IMG/VR virus record: IMGVR_UViG_3300017598_000263
Location: 7,047 to 71,046 of that record
DNA from: a virus
Length of the DNA: 64,000 nt
Reading direction: 5' to 3' (one strand)
Numbering within the stretch: the stretch's first letter is position 1; every line of letters starts with the position of its first letter. Positions 20,475 to 31,093 of the stretch are shown in pieces. Both the position numbers and the translations under genes were made by a program. The notes below the pieces were generated by a model. The model was not told where the DNA came from and did no database searches. It worked only from the letters and a program-made list of their open reading frames with translations.

Positions 20475-20714
20475 TTATGCATCCAAAAATGTTGAACTAT
20501 AAGTATCATCAATAGGAGTAAAAGATAATTCTTCATCAGGAGTAATGCCATAACCAGATAGTTGATTAAGAATATCTCTATGATCATACATTACTTGATC
20601 AGAAGAACCTTGAAAGTATTCACTAAGATAAACATACTGATTTAATCTAGTATTTTTAACTATATAAGTACCTTCAAGTTTTACTGTAGCAACAGGATGT
20701 TGAAAAGTTGGCAT
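20475..20714 (-). CDS. Hypothetical protein
   Basis: 79 aa, coupled to the primase stop. Confidence 0.55.
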   Translation of the reverse strand: MPTFQHPVATVKLEGTYIVKNTRLNQYVYLSEYFQGSSDQVMYDHRDILNQLSGYGITPDEELSFTPIDDTYSSTFLDA

Positions 20715-22918
20715 TATAATCTCCTTAATGCTGGAGTTACTAAGGTACGTTCAAGACGATTTTCGTCCATTGGTTCAACGTAATAACTATTAATATCTTT
20801 AGCAAGATTCAGAATGTATTCTTCATCAGCTCCCAGGTCGATAGCATAAGCTAATGCCCGGTAGATTTTAACAGAGCGTTCACCCTTATCAGCTTCAAAC
20901 GCAAAACTAAATGTTTCACGAGGATCTTCAAGTTTAAGACTCTTGTCTTTAGCAGGTAGATTTGCAGCAGGTTTAGGTTTATCTTTCATCCGTAAAGCAG
21001 CATTCTCAAGAATGTATTTAGTCTTAATAGTTTTACCTTCCATTTGCATCAAAATATTTCTATCAGCAAATGATAAGAATATTTGACTCTGTGGAAGTAT
21101 ATCAATAACTAAACCTAACTCATTAGCAAGTTCTTCAATAAATGCTTTCCATAAACGTTCATCGATATCAATAATAGAATCTAATTCTAGAATAACTCTA
21201 AATTTAAATTCATTATCAGGATCACTAGTACGAACTACGTAATGATTATACTCATTCAACAAATGATGAGCTTCAACATCTGTAAGCATAGATTTATCAA
21301 TATCTAAAATAACAAACTTAGTACCACCATATAGATTTTCTTTTTTACGTTCACCATAAGTAAACGCAAATGAACAATAGACAGCATTCTCTTTTAACAG
21401 AAACTCAATCTCTTCGAAATTAGTTTCATAAAAGTCATAACCATCACTACAGTTACGAGTCATATAATCTTTTATTTCAGAACCTTTAGTTTCTTTAAGT
21501 TCAAATATTTTATATGACACACCAACAGTATCAGTCTTAACTAATTCCTTATACTGAATACCACCTTCATACATTGTATATGAACCGTTTTCATCATAAC
21601 TATTAGCTAAAGTAATCATTTCTTCAACTTTACTTTTAGATGCACCAGTTCCAGTGATATAAGATAGTTTACGTAATTCATGAAGAGATAAGAAAAATTC
21701 ACCATCATCTGCTTTGTATTTACACATATCAGATAATTGTTCATATGGTTCTTTAACTAATTCCCTTTCAAATTCTGTCATATCAGGAGATAAGAATTCT
21801 ACTGTATTAATAGCATAGGCATAAAGTTCTTCTGTAATACTATCGCTATTACATAAAATTGCATAGGTACCAGCAAGTTTTAAAGCCAACCATTGTTTAT
21901 GTTTACGACTTAATTTAGATATTTGGTACTTACCTGATTCTTCATCAGAAAGAATAGAGTTATATTCTAAATACACATCAAATAGCTTATTAGCTTCAGA
22001 AGTAATAGCCAAAGGTGTTTGAGTAGTTTCCTGAACTAAATCAGATGTTAAAGCATTCAGTTTAATTTGAGCACTTAATACTCTTTTACGTTCAGCTTCT
22101 TTTTTAACATAAAGTTCATCAATAGAACTAATATCCAATTTTTGAGGAGCTTCAGGTGTAAACGTAAAAATACTTCTACGAGCTAACTGTGTATTAAATA
22201 CTAAACGAAATTTATTCTTAATTTCATTATTAAACAGAATAGCTTCTTGTGATCCAAAGAACAAAGCATTTACCGGTAGATTCCTAACTGCACCGGTTTG
22301 GTTTTCAGTAGATTTAACAATCTTTGGAGGAATATTACCAAGGTCATAAGCTACAGCAATGATTTTAATAATATCTACAATAGCACCATTAGTTTGTAAT
22401 TCTGAACCAATTTCAGAACTCAGTATAGATCCAGCACCCATAGGATTCTGAGCTATATCTGCAAAGTGATGCATTAATCCCTCAACTGTACCAAGACCAG
22501 CTTGTAATGGTTTAGGAGCTACATAGTGTTTCTGCCAATCCTCTGGTCCTTCACCTTCCAGTATTGCTACTTTCTCAGCTTTCTCCCTGGCGTATTCTTT
22601 ACGTTGATCTTCAAGTTGATCATAGCCAGTAGCTAATGATTTACGTAAAGTGTTAAGAGATTTATCTTTAGACGTACCTGAAGCACTCAATGCAAATACA
22701 ATAGCATTTGTAGGCACTAAAGTTCCGTCATAAAGTTCAATGGGTTTACGTAGATGAGATGAAAATGTAATTAACTCAGCTAATGTAATAGCTAATTTTA
22801 ATTTAAATGGAACTTCTCCAGATATAGTATTAATACCATTATCAACTATGTCAGGATAAGGACCGAGATTTTTAGTTCTCTTATCAATATAATCTTTTAA
22901 AAGTTTTTTGGTTTCCAT
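20714..22918 (-). CDS. DNA primase (N4 gp43-like): N-terminal P-loop-like domain plus C-terminal AEP-type primase region
   Basis: SASGTSKDKS, SSEIGS, ILDID, VRTS...KFRVIL motifs; 734 aa. Confidence 0.75.
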   Translation of the reverse strand: METKKLLKDYIDKRTKNLGPYPDIVDNGINTISGEVPFKLKLAITLAELITFSSHLRKPIELYDGTLVPTNAIVFALSASGTSKDKSLNTLRKSLATGYDQLEDQRKEYAREKAEKVAILEGEGPEDWQKHYVAPKPLQAGLGTVEGLMHHFADIAQNPMGAGSILSSEIGSELQTNGAIVDIIKIIAVAYDLGNIPPKIVKSTENQTGAVRNLPVNALFFGSQEAILFNNEIKNKFRLVFNTQLARRSIFTFTPEAPQKLDISSIDELYVKKEAERKRVLSAQIKLNALTSDLVQETTQTPLAITSEANKLFDVYLEYNSILSDEESGKYQISKLSRKHKQWLALKLAGTYAILCNSDSITEELYAYAINTVEFLSPDMTEFERELVKEPYEQLSDMCKYKADDGEFFLSLHELRKLSYITGTGASKSKVEEMITLANSYDENGSYTMYEGGIQYKELVKTDTVGVSYKIFELKETKGSEIKDYMTRNCSDGYDFYETNFEEIEFLLKENAVYCSFAFTYGERKKENLYGGTKFVILDIDKSMLTDVEAHHLLNEYNHYVVRTSDPDNEFKFRVILELDSIIDIDERLWKAFIEELANELGLVIDILPQSQIFLSFADRNILMQMEGKTIKTKYILENAALRMKDKPKPAANLPAKDKSLKLEDPRETFSFAFEADKGERSVKIYRALAYAIDLGADEEYILNLAKDINSYYVEPMDENRLERTLVTPALRRL

Positions 22919-23739
22919 TACGCACCTACAGCTTTAGTAATATTCTCAAAGAATTCTATTTCATTAAATTCATTACCAATATTCATTGCACCTTCAAGTT
23001 CAGTAGCTTGACCATAGGTATACGATAAATCACTTCCATACTCTTTTTCTAAAACAGCAAAGAAGAATTTACGCAATAAACGATCATTAACTACACTGGA
23101 CATGATAGATACAGACTTACAATCCTTATGTGAAAATAAAGGAATTGAAGCAAAGTAATTACTACGTGATCTAGTGGATGTAACATTTTTAATAGGAAGT
23201 ACTAAAGTAATCTTAATAAAAATATGTTGACGTTCAAGTTCTTCAATAGTTGCTAGTAATTTAGCTACATTCTTACGAACTTTTTTATTAGTTACGTAAT
23301 GAGGATAGCTAACGCTAATGTATAACTCATAGAAGAAATCAATATATTGACGAGAAGGAGTCATTACACAATCAGGTTCACCATTTGCGTATTTACCAAC
23401 ATCTACGTCTACTTTAGTTCCATCAGTACTGTAACGAAAGTTTTCATAAACTTCTTCAGTAATTAATCCACGTTTATGTAGATTAGAACGAACTAAGTTA
23501 CGAATTGATTGTTGTTCCTTCTTAGGAAAATCAGTTTCACCACGTAAAAGCATACCTAGTGCTTTCTCGTAAGTCATACCGCAATTCTCATCTTCCTTTT
23601 GTTTGATTTGTGACACTTCATGTTGAAAATGATCCAAATTACGGAACATCATAAAGTCTCTTGGACCCATGAATTCAGACCATTCATTTAGAAAAATATC
23701 TGGAAAAGGAAGGTCTAAATTAAAATCAGAAATACTCAT
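22918..23739 (-). CDS. Probable partner of the MoxR-type ATPase (degenerate vWA-like)
   Basis: DVDVGKYANGEPDC motif; directly downstream of the AAA gene. Confidence 0.5.
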   Translation of the reverse strand: MSISDFNLDLPFPDIFLNEWSEFMGPRDFMMFRNLDHFQHEVSQIKQKEDENCGMTYEKALGMLLRGETDFPKKEQQSIRNLVRSNLHKRGLITEEVYENFRYSTDGTKVDVDVGKYANGEPDCVMTPSRQYIDFFYELYISVSYPHYVTNKKVRKNVAKLLATIEELERQHIFIKITLVLPIKNVTSTRSRSNYFASIPLFSHKDCKSVSIMSSVVNDRLLRKFFFAVLEKEYGSDLSYTYGQATELEGAMNIGNEFNEIEFFENITKAVGA

Positions 23740-23763
23740 TATTAATCTCCGTTAAAATGGTTG

Positions 23764-24537
23764 TTATTGACTGTCTCTTTCAAGCTCTAATAATGAAAAT
23801 AGATCTTCTAAAGTTTCACAGTCTGCTTGATCAGCAAATTTAGGTATTTTAGCAACAGCATCTAAATACTTTTCATAAGCTAAATCATTTTTGTTTGTTA
23901 ATCGGTAAACATAATTATCTAATAAATTAAGTTCTTTTCTTTTTTGGTAACGTATAGCATCACGCATAGAAATTACTATTGAAGAATTAAGACTCTTCAT
24001 AACATCACGTAATGCATTAACGTGAGAAAATACATCTAAATCTATTAGTGATTTTTCTAGATTATTATCATGATCTACATCGATTTGATCAAATCTATCT
24101 AGAGTAGCTGCATCTAATTTACTACGACCTACATAATGATCATGTTGGTCTTGAGGATTGGAAGTAGCCATTAAACGAAAATCTTCGTGAAGTTCTATTA
24201 TAGCATCAGGAAAGGATATAAATCCGTTCTCAATAGTATTAAGGCATAGCATTACATTTGCATCACCAGCATCTATTTCATCTAGTAGAAACGCTCCACC
24301 ATTCTCAGCCACTTCACGTAGTTGAGATGGAACATAGGTACCATTAACACTCATAAATCCCAGTAAATGAGATAGCGTTGTTTGACGAGTCATAGATATA
24401 CTAAAAAATGGAATATCCAAATGTTCTGCAACTTGTTTAGCCAGGGTGGTTTTACCACTACCTTTTTCACCAGTTAGTAAAACAGGAATATTAGCGTTAA
24501 CTATTATAGAAACTTCTTCAAATTTATGATGTAGCAT
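23764..24537 (-). CDS. MoxR/CbbQ-like AAA+ ATPase
   Basis: GEKGSGKTT, LLDEID, ATSN and LDAATLDRF motifs. Confidence 0.85.
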   Translation of the reverse strand: MLHHKFEEVSIIVNANIPVLLTGEKGSGKTTLAKQVAEHLDIPFFSISMTRQTTLSHLLGFMSVNGTYVPSQLREVAENGGAFLLDEIDAGDANVMLCLNTIENGFISFPDAIIELHEDFRLMATSNPQDQHDHYVGRSKLDAATLDRFDQIDVDHDNNLEKSLIDLDVFSHVNALRDVMKSLNSSIVISMRDAIRYQKRKELNLLDNYVYRLTNKNDLAYEKYLDAVAKIPKFADQADCETLEDLFSLLELERDSQ

Positions 24538-24539
24538 AA

Positions 24540-25157
24540 TTAATTACCTTGCTTATCAAATTTAGATTTAGTATCAGTGATTAGTATTGCTTTTACAGGT
24601 AAAGGTTTTTCTTGTGTAAAGACAAGCGTGAAAAAATGTACATAGGCAGCTAAGTCATTTTTAGATGTAAAGTTTTTTACAGATCCAGTGTTAGAAAATA
24701 ACTTATACTTTTTAATGTTATTTTCAATTTCTTTAGTCTTATCTTTGAAAAGATCTTCAACAGTAAGAAGTGTAAATTCTTTTGCATTTCCAACATGAAG
24801 ACATATAACTAATAAAAAACTCATAATATCTGCAATTTCAAAATCTTTTAATTCTTCAGATAAACTTTCATAAGCATGTTTTTTAAACAAATGCCGTATA
24901 CTTTGAATTCTTTGATAAAATTTATTTGAAACACGACAATCCTCATATTTAGCTATTAAGTTTTCATAAAGTTTATCAGTTGGTTGATCAGGTAATTCTT
25001 CTGCTGTTTTACGTACAGCAGTAATACCTTTACTTAACACCAAGAAAAATATTGATGTTACAAGTAAGTTATTCAAACCTTTACTACGAGAGATTAAGGT
25101 CTGATATATATAAATAGGGGTAGATTTTTCTACGATAAAAGGTAAAAATTTAGCCAT
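24540..25157 (-). CDS. Hypothetical protein
   Basis: 205-aa ORF in the operon. Confidence 0.55.
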   Translation of the reverse strand: MAKFLPFIVEKSTPIYIYQTLISRSKGLNNLLVTSIFFLVLSKGITAVRKTAEELPDQPTDKLYENLIAKYEDCRVSNKFYQRIQSIRHLFKKHAYESLSEELKDFEIADIMSFLLVICLHVGNAKEFTLLTVEDLFKDKTKEIENNIKKYKLFSNTGSVKNFTSKNDLAAYVHFFTLVFTQEKPLPVKAILITDTKSKFDKQGN

Positions 25158-25179
25158 GACAGTTTCTCTTTACTGAAAT

Positions 25180-25211
25180 AAAAGCCCCTATCTAAATTGA
25201 CAGGGGCTTTT
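25180..25211 (-). terminator. Rho-independent terminator
   Basis: AAAAGCCCCTGTC-aattta-GATAGGGGCTTTT followed by a U-rich tract, downstream of 25231-25575. Confidence 0.75.
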
Positions 25212-25230
25212 AAGATACACCTAGGAAAAC

Positions 25231-25575
25231 TTAGATGTATTCGAACTTAGTACCAGGTGCAACATTAACGAAGAAAGCGTTAGTAGATAACAACTCTTCA
25301 ATTTTCTTGTTAATGATTGTGCCAGGATTCTGTTCACAGTACTCAACTGCCTGAGCTTTAAGTGAAGCAACTTCAGAACGAAGAACAGCTACTTTACCAT
25401 CATCTTCAAGCATGTTAAAAGGCATAGAGCCTTGAGCAGTTGAAACACGAGGTACTTCGATTTCTGCTTCACCGTTACCGTACTTCTCACGAGCACCAGC
25501 AACAACTTCAGCAACAGCAGCTAATTTATCTTCAGCTGACATTTTTTCGTCAGATAGAGTTTTAGTAATAGACAT
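25231..25575 (-). CDS. Hypothetical protein, possibly highly expressed
   Basis: 114 aa, GGAG RBS, followed by its own terminator. Confidence 0.7.
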   Translation of the reverse strand: MSITKTLSDEKMSAEDKLAAVAEVVAGAREKYGNGEAEIEVPRVSTAQGSMPFNMLEDDGKVAVLRSEVASLKAQAVEYCEQNPGTIINKKIEELLSTNAFFVNVAPGTKFEYI

Positions 25576-25653
25576 TTATATTGTCTCCATTAATGGTTAT
25601 TCACAATTTATTTTAAAGCAGTGTGAAAAATCTGCTTATAGAACTCAACAGCA

Positions 25654-25884
25654 CTAAAGCTGTTTTCGTTTAATTCTTTCAATTATTGAATCAAGAAATG
25701 ACTCACCTTTTATAAATTCTGTAAACTTTTTACGCATTTTAAAATCAATACAAGCAATTTTTGCTTTTTCACGTTTTTCAAGTTCTGCATCCATTACACC
25801 AATAACATACAATTTTAATTTATCATCGATAGTAGTATTGGTAATTTTATCAATACCTAACCATCTTCGTAAAAATTTTCTCAT
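25654..25884 (-). CDS. Hypothetical protein
   Basis: 76 aa, ATGA-coupled to the helicase. Confidence 0.55.
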   Translation of the reverse strand: MRKFLRRWLGIDKITNTTIDDKLKLYVIGVMDAELEKREKAKIACIDFKMRKKFTEFIKGESFLDSIIERIKRKQL

Positions 25885-27290
25885 GAGGATTTCCTTAACA
25901 TTCTAGCATTATATAAATTTCTACCAGCTCGACTACAAGCAACATAGTAACAACGATACGCTACTAAATCTTCTTCATCCTTAATACCACCATTATCTCG
26001 TATAGATGTAATCTTAGTATTGAGATCATCAGCAATAGTTACAGTTTCATACTCAAGACCTTTAGAAGTAAACACAGTAGCTATTGTATAACTTGGATCA
26101 GACTTAGTATCTTTTGCTCTCTTGTAGATATCAAATAAATTAATATTTCGTTTACCGAATGACATTAATAATCTAACGGCATTTTGTATTTCAACATCAT
26201 CTACATGTTCAAGTAGATAATGGAAAAATCCAGATTTACTTTTAGGTTGTTCTTGATAGTTTTGATATTCATCCATCAAAAACTTATACTTTTTCTGATA
26301 AGGTTCTTTACCATTTTTAACTGCCATAAGAGCTAATGGACAAGCAAATATATCAGCTGGTTTACGTAATAACTGAAAACTCTTACCAACAGATAATCGT
26401 TCACAAATTTCATTAATAATTAAAGCATTAGTCATTGTACAATATAATGATTTACCATTTTCAACTGGTTCATCAGTACCTACGAATTTAAAATCCTTAG
26501 ATACTTCTTTCTGCATAAATGATTGGATATTTTCTGCAATCTCTTCACTACAACGGAATGATTGAGTTAAATTAAGTAACGGAACATCAGATAACTCTTC
26601 AAATCCATCCACTAAATTTAAAAATTGATATATTGCCTGGTTAGTTTCACCAAGTCCTAATTTCTTAGGAGCATCAATCAATTTAAATATCTCTAAAGCT
26701 ACAGCAGTTGTATCATTTATTTCATCAAGTATAACTAAATCATATTTACAAGAAACACTTTCTTCTACCAGCATTAGATGAAAATACTTTAGCAAGAAAT
26801 TGAAAGTAGGATTAATCTCTCTATTAACCATTTTTTCGATGTACTTTATTGATAAATCAATTATTTGTTGTCCTTGATCATCACCAGCATATCTAAGTTC
26901 CATGAATGTATGCATATCAGTAGATGCCGATACATAAAACATATCAATAGCTTTAATAATTTCATATTTCTTTTTATAGGAAATATTTTCAGTAATACAA
27001 GTATATGTTAAGTCTTCAATCTGTTGACCGGGTTTAACAAATTTATAGGCTAATGCATGTAAAGTTTTACATTCTACATTTGTACCTTTAAATCTATCTA
27101 TACCTTCAGTAACAATAGCTTTATTGAAAGCAGTGTACAAAGCTTTCTTTGGTTGCAATAATTTTGTTACACGTTCAGACATAAAAGACTTACCTGTACC
27201 AGCACCAGCGGATACTAAGAGTATTCCATCATGTTCAGGAATGTAATCCAGAATATCATGCTGTTCTGGTGTGTATTTTACAATAGTCAT
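25881..27290 (-). CDS. SF1 (UvrD/Rep-like) DNA helicase
   Basis: AGAGTGKS, ILDEIND, LGETNQAIY, LTQSFRC, SKGLEY and YVACSRA motifs. Confidence 0.88.
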   Translation of the reverse strand: MTIVKYTPEQHDILDYIPEHDGILLVSAGAGTGKSFMSERVTKLLQPKKALYTAFNKAIVTEGIDRFKGTNVECKTLHALAYKFVKPGQQIEDLTYTCITENISYKKKYEIIKAIDMFYVSASTDMHTFMELRYAGDDQGQQIIDLSIKYIEKMVNREINPTFNFLLKYFHLMLVEESVSCKYDLVILDEINDTTAVALEIFKLIDAPKKLGLGETNQAIYQFLNLVDGFEELSDVPLLNLTQSFRCSEEIAENIQSFMQKEVSKDFKFVGTDEPVENGKSLYCTMTNALIINEICERLSVGKSFQLLRKPADIFACPLALMAVKNGKEPYQKKYKFLMDEYQNYQEQPKSKSGFFHYLLEHVDDVEIQNAVRLLMSFGKRNINLFDIYKRAKDTKSDPSYTIATVFTSKGLEYETVTIADDLNTKITSIRDNGGIKDEEDLVAYRCYYVACSRAGRNLYNARMLRKSS

Positions 27291-27383
27291 TATATTTCCT
27301 AAATTTAAAATTTGAATCCCATTCGACCAGAGCAGGGAATGACTCTGAGAAAACCTGTATGAAATCAGGTGGGTCTTGGCATA

Positions 27384-28280
27384 TTACAAAGTTTTATTAT
27401 CAATCCATCCATGTCTTTGAAATTTTCGTTTTTGATGTTCTTCAGCAGCTTTCTCAAGTTCTGCTTCAGCTTTATTCAATACAGCATTTATTGCATCATA
27501 GTACTCACGATCAATTGTCATTTGATCACGAGTATATATAGTGTGTAAATCATTTAAGTTAGCTCGAATATCTTGCAATATAAATTCAGTTTCAACAGAC
27601 ATAACACACCTCTTATCTTAGTCAGGGTTATCGGAACTACCAACTGCATGTACTAACGTATGTTATAGCTACTTCAACTACTAGTTACGTGTCAATACAC
27701 CATGCCGCACCTACCTTATTTTATTTACGTTTAGCAGTTTTTAAAATATTAGCTACGGTGCCTTCAGATACACCAGTAGTTTTAGCTACCTGGGCTTGAT
27801 TCTGATCAGTATGGTAATAATAAAAATGAACATTTTGTACAAGCTGTTCTCTTGTAGGATATTTACCTGTTTGAGGTTTTCTACCTTTGCTCATTTTAAA
27901 TACCAATTTGTTCTTTAATTTGTGGCAGAACTTCAAGCTCTAGTTCACCCAAAGTAATATCTGGTGGAATATTAGATAATGCTCCGCAGTATAAACTAGC
28001 TGATTTATCTAAACTCATATTATGTTTTTTAGCAGAATAAATAGCATTTTCTACATCAGTTATCCAATTACGCACCATAGATTCTAAGGTTGCTTCAACT
28101 TTTGTTACACTCATCTTCTTTACCTAGCTTATTATTTAAAGCATTTTTATGGTGTTTTAAATACTCATTTAACTTAAAAGGTTTACCATCTTTAGTTGAG
28201 ACATAGGTGTGTGAAGAATCTGACCAACGAACAACACCTTGGTCTTCAAGTTCAATAAGTAAATTTTTCATTGCACCCAT
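27384..28280 (-). CDS. Four small ORFs (27384-27602, HTH protein 27721-27894, 27896-28114, 28095-28280)
   Basis: Packed ORFs; 27721-27894 contains the helix-turn-helix NQAQVAKTTGVSEGTVANIL. Confidence 0.6.
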
Positions 28281-28289
28281 AAGTTTCTC

Positions 28290-28835
28290 CTATGAAATTA
28301 AGTACATTAAATCATTCCATCTTTTACGAAGTAAATCTATATCACCATCATTAATAATAACGTAATCAATAAGTTCTTCATCAAGAGCATTCTCACTTAT
28401 ATGTGTTCCTGCATCACGACATTCACTTGAAGGTCTATCAATGTAGATAACTTTACCACCCATATTATGAATAAGTTCTGCTTCATTATTGAAACGAACA
28501 TCTGTCATAATAGTAGCAACTTTGTGATTATCAATAATTCTACCTTTTGCTAATAAAGTCCATATATCAGAATTAATTAAATTTCTTCCCCATTCAGTAC
28601 CAAGAGTTTGTAGTATTTCACGGTAACTTTTATCTAAACTAGGATGTACAGCATTTTCATTTTTTAATTCTTCTAATTCATCTACCGTAATACAAAGCAT
28701 TGCAGCTATTGCTGACTTAATAGGAGCAGCAAATGAATCTTGTCGATACATTTCAGAATAAAAACTTTCAATATAATTTGCTAACTCATTTTTACCACTA
28801 CCAGCTTTACCAGCTAATCCAATTAATTTAAACAC
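28290..28835 (-). CDS. Deoxynucleoside monophosphate kinase
   Basis: IGLAGKAGSGK, FAAPIK, REILQTLGTEWGR, DVRFNNE and HISE motifs. Confidence 0.88.
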   Translation of the reverse strand: MFKLIGLAGKAGSGKNELANYIESFYSEMYRQDSFAAPIKSAIAAMLCITVDELEELKNENAVHPSLDKSYREILQTLGTEWGRNLINSDIWTLLAKGRIIDNHKVATIMTDVRFNNEAELIHNMGGKVIYIDRPSSECRDAGTHISENALDEELIDYVIINDGDIDLLRKRWNDLMYLIS

Positions 28836-29187
28836 TACAATTTCCTTAATAATTATAATTACCAGAACATACCAATGTACTGTATTCAAGATTAAGAATA
28901 CGACGTATTAAAGTATCTGGTACAGGTTTACCTTCATTATATTCATACATGTTAAATAGCTTAATAGCCACATTTACATTTTCTGAAGGTTTTACTTTTT
29001 TCATAAGTTACTCCTAATACATATATTCAGTAATGAATGACTCTAGTTCTTCACGTTCTTCCATAGGTACGTACATTGGTTCAATATGAATACCAGATTT
29101 AATGATATAAAAGTGATAACCATTACTGCAAATGTCTATACCAAATATACCTTTTTCAGATTCAATTTGAATAGACATAAATTTCTC

Positions 29188-30115
29188 CTAAAATGTAGTC
29201 CATACATCAGAAGGTAGTTGCGGTAAAGATATATAATTACCTTCTTCACCATAACGAATACCATTACAACAATGTCTATCATTAGCAGATGCTACACCTA
29301 TACCTAATACATAAGCTACTGCTGGTTCAGTATATTCTTCTAATATACAAGCTAAAATAGTTTGTTTAACAAAGAAGTATTGTTTAGGGTTATGTTCTTT
29401 ATGTAACCACATTAACTCTTCTAAACTTACAAATACAACATCTTTATATTGTTCTAACACAATAGTTTGATAACGTTGTTTCTTATTTAATGAAGTATCT
29501 AACATAATTATTCCTTTTCTGGTTTAATTACTACTTGAACAATTTTATCTCGTTCAATAACAACACAACCACCATCTGCATATTCAATAGTAAATTTTGG
29601 AGTTGTACCACTAAAATACCATTTAGCGAATCTACGTACATGATGATGTCCACCAAAATTAGGTTCACCTTCATATGTTAAATTTTGTGAAGATTGTCCT
29701 TTCAATACAATCGTCAATATAGATATTTGTGGTGGTTCTTTTTTAGGTTCTTTATTTTTAAATGGATTACCATAAAAAGAAACATAACCATATATAATAA
29801 GTACAAAAAATAAAACAGTTAAAAAATAGTAATCATACATATATCACCTAATTAATGTTTGTAGTTAGTTTTAACAACTTCAGATAGTTCGTCTTTACTG
29901 ATATACCAAAATGGTCTTATACCATTTGAATACTTCATACGACCAAAGTCTGCAGGACGTACAGCAATATGTGCTAATACTCTGAATATGTTTGTTATAT
30001 TTGAATCATCCCATTCTTTAGATCTACGTGCTCTTAAGAATAATAAAAATGGGAAACTAATTAATCCAATAATAAAAACTGATACTACTAAAATAAGTAA
30101 TAATAAATATTCCAT
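29188..30115 (-). CDS. Three hypothetical ORFs (29188-29505, 29508-29840, 29852-30115); two have an N-terminal TM helix
   Basis: Packed ORFs with hydrophobic N-termini. Confidence 0.55.
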
Positions 30116-30288
30116 GCTATTTCCTAGTTTAATTTAAATAACTAATAATTTGAAAAGCACACTACATACGCTTCGGACTTTACAGGTCGTAGGTTATCAC
30201 TTGGGGAACCTTCCCCTACAGTAATGTACTTTTTAAATAAAACTGAGCCAGGGAAGAAATCAGTTAAAAATCTACCTGGCCCAGTAAT

Positions 30289-30369
30289 GCTATTTTGGGT
30301 GATAAGGTATAGCTACCTCACCGACACTTACGCAGCCATAGCTACTGGTTGGAAATAACTCTCGTCATT
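30289..30369 (-). pseudogene. tmRNA (ssrA)-like remnant: tag reading frame NDESYFQPVAMAA* plus downstream pseudoknot
   Basis: The tag resembles ANDENYALAA. It is followed by GGTGAGGT/ACCTTATCACC and GCTAT/ATAGC pairings. No tmRNA tRNA-like domain was found. Confidence 0.55.
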
Positions 30370-30814
30370 TTACGTGTTTCCAGCTTCTGCGCTTTACAAT
30401 GTATTGCACAGCTGAGCCGGTTAAATTGTATTTTTCACCTAACGCTTTATACGTTATTTTTCCTTTGGCATGTTCTTCACGAATATCCTTTACTTGCTGT
30501 TCAGTAATTTTATTGTTTGTAATTACTCGACCTTTATCAGCATTATTTTCTGCTTGAGTACCTATTTTTAGATGTTCGGGGTTGCCACATTTTCTGTTGT
30601 TGCACATGTGTCTAACAACTTCACCTGGTTCAATTTTACGAATAAATAATTCAGCCATGGCTCTATGTATCAATATTCCTTTTTTATCAGCATCTCGTGA
30701 ATGCCCATATCCATCTTTATTACAATGACCGGTCCATTCTCTACAGCCTGTAATTTCATTAGTTTCCAGTTTAGCCAGAAGTCTTTCTTCTAACGTTCTT
30801 GATGGTCGTCCCAT
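30365..30814 (-). CDS. HNH homing endonuclease with C-terminal HTH
   Basis: GCREWTG..GYG...HR...VVRHMCNNRKCGNPEHLKIGTQAENNAD. Confidence 0.88.
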   Translation of the reverse strand: MGRPSRTLEERLLAKLETNEITGCREWTGHCNKDGYGHSRDADKKGILIHRAMAELFIRKIEPGEVVRHMCNNRKCGNPEHLKIGTQAENNADKGRVITNNKITEQQVKDIREEHAKGKITYKALGEKYNLTGSAVQYIVKRRSWKHVK

Positions 30815-30844
30815 ACATTACCCCTAAAGTTAATAGTAAGGGCA

Positions 30845-30873
30845 AGTATATGCTTTTACTTTTATACTGTCAA
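30845..30873 (-). promoter_or_regulatory. Near-consensus sigma70 promoter of the HNH gene
   Basis: TTGACA-17-TATACT. Confidence 0.75.
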
Positions 30874-30955
30874 CTACGCACCACTGGTAATTAAAACCCC
30901 AATGCCAACGCTAGTAAAACAAAGGGGATAAGGATTATATCCTTTTTCTTTTTAT

Positions 30956-31093
30956 CTACAAAGGTTTTTGACCAGGTTCGAGATACCAAGGTATTTCTAA
31001 TTGGCAATCAGTGCAGATTTTAATATTTTGAGTAGCTATATGTACAAGATGAGTATTACCACATTTAGGACATATTTTAGTAGTTTGTTTCAT
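30956..31093 (-). CDS. 45-aa zinc-ribbon protein (below the track cut-off)
   Basis: MKQTTKICPKCGNTHLVHIATQNIKICTDCQLEIPWYLEPGQKPL; two CxxC motifs, ATGA-coupled. Confidence 0.6.
   Translation of the reverse strand: MKQTTKICPKCGNTHLVHIATQNIKICTDCQLEIPWYLEPGQKPL

Noticed and set aside
20714-22918. 'Reversed' helicase-primase domain order as a novelty
   Set aside because: It appears to match the usual N4 gp43-type architecture.
27610-27715. TTGACA...TATAAC as a minus-strand promoter
   Set aside because: The 22-nt spacer is too long; the region may instead be an imperfect RNA hairpin.
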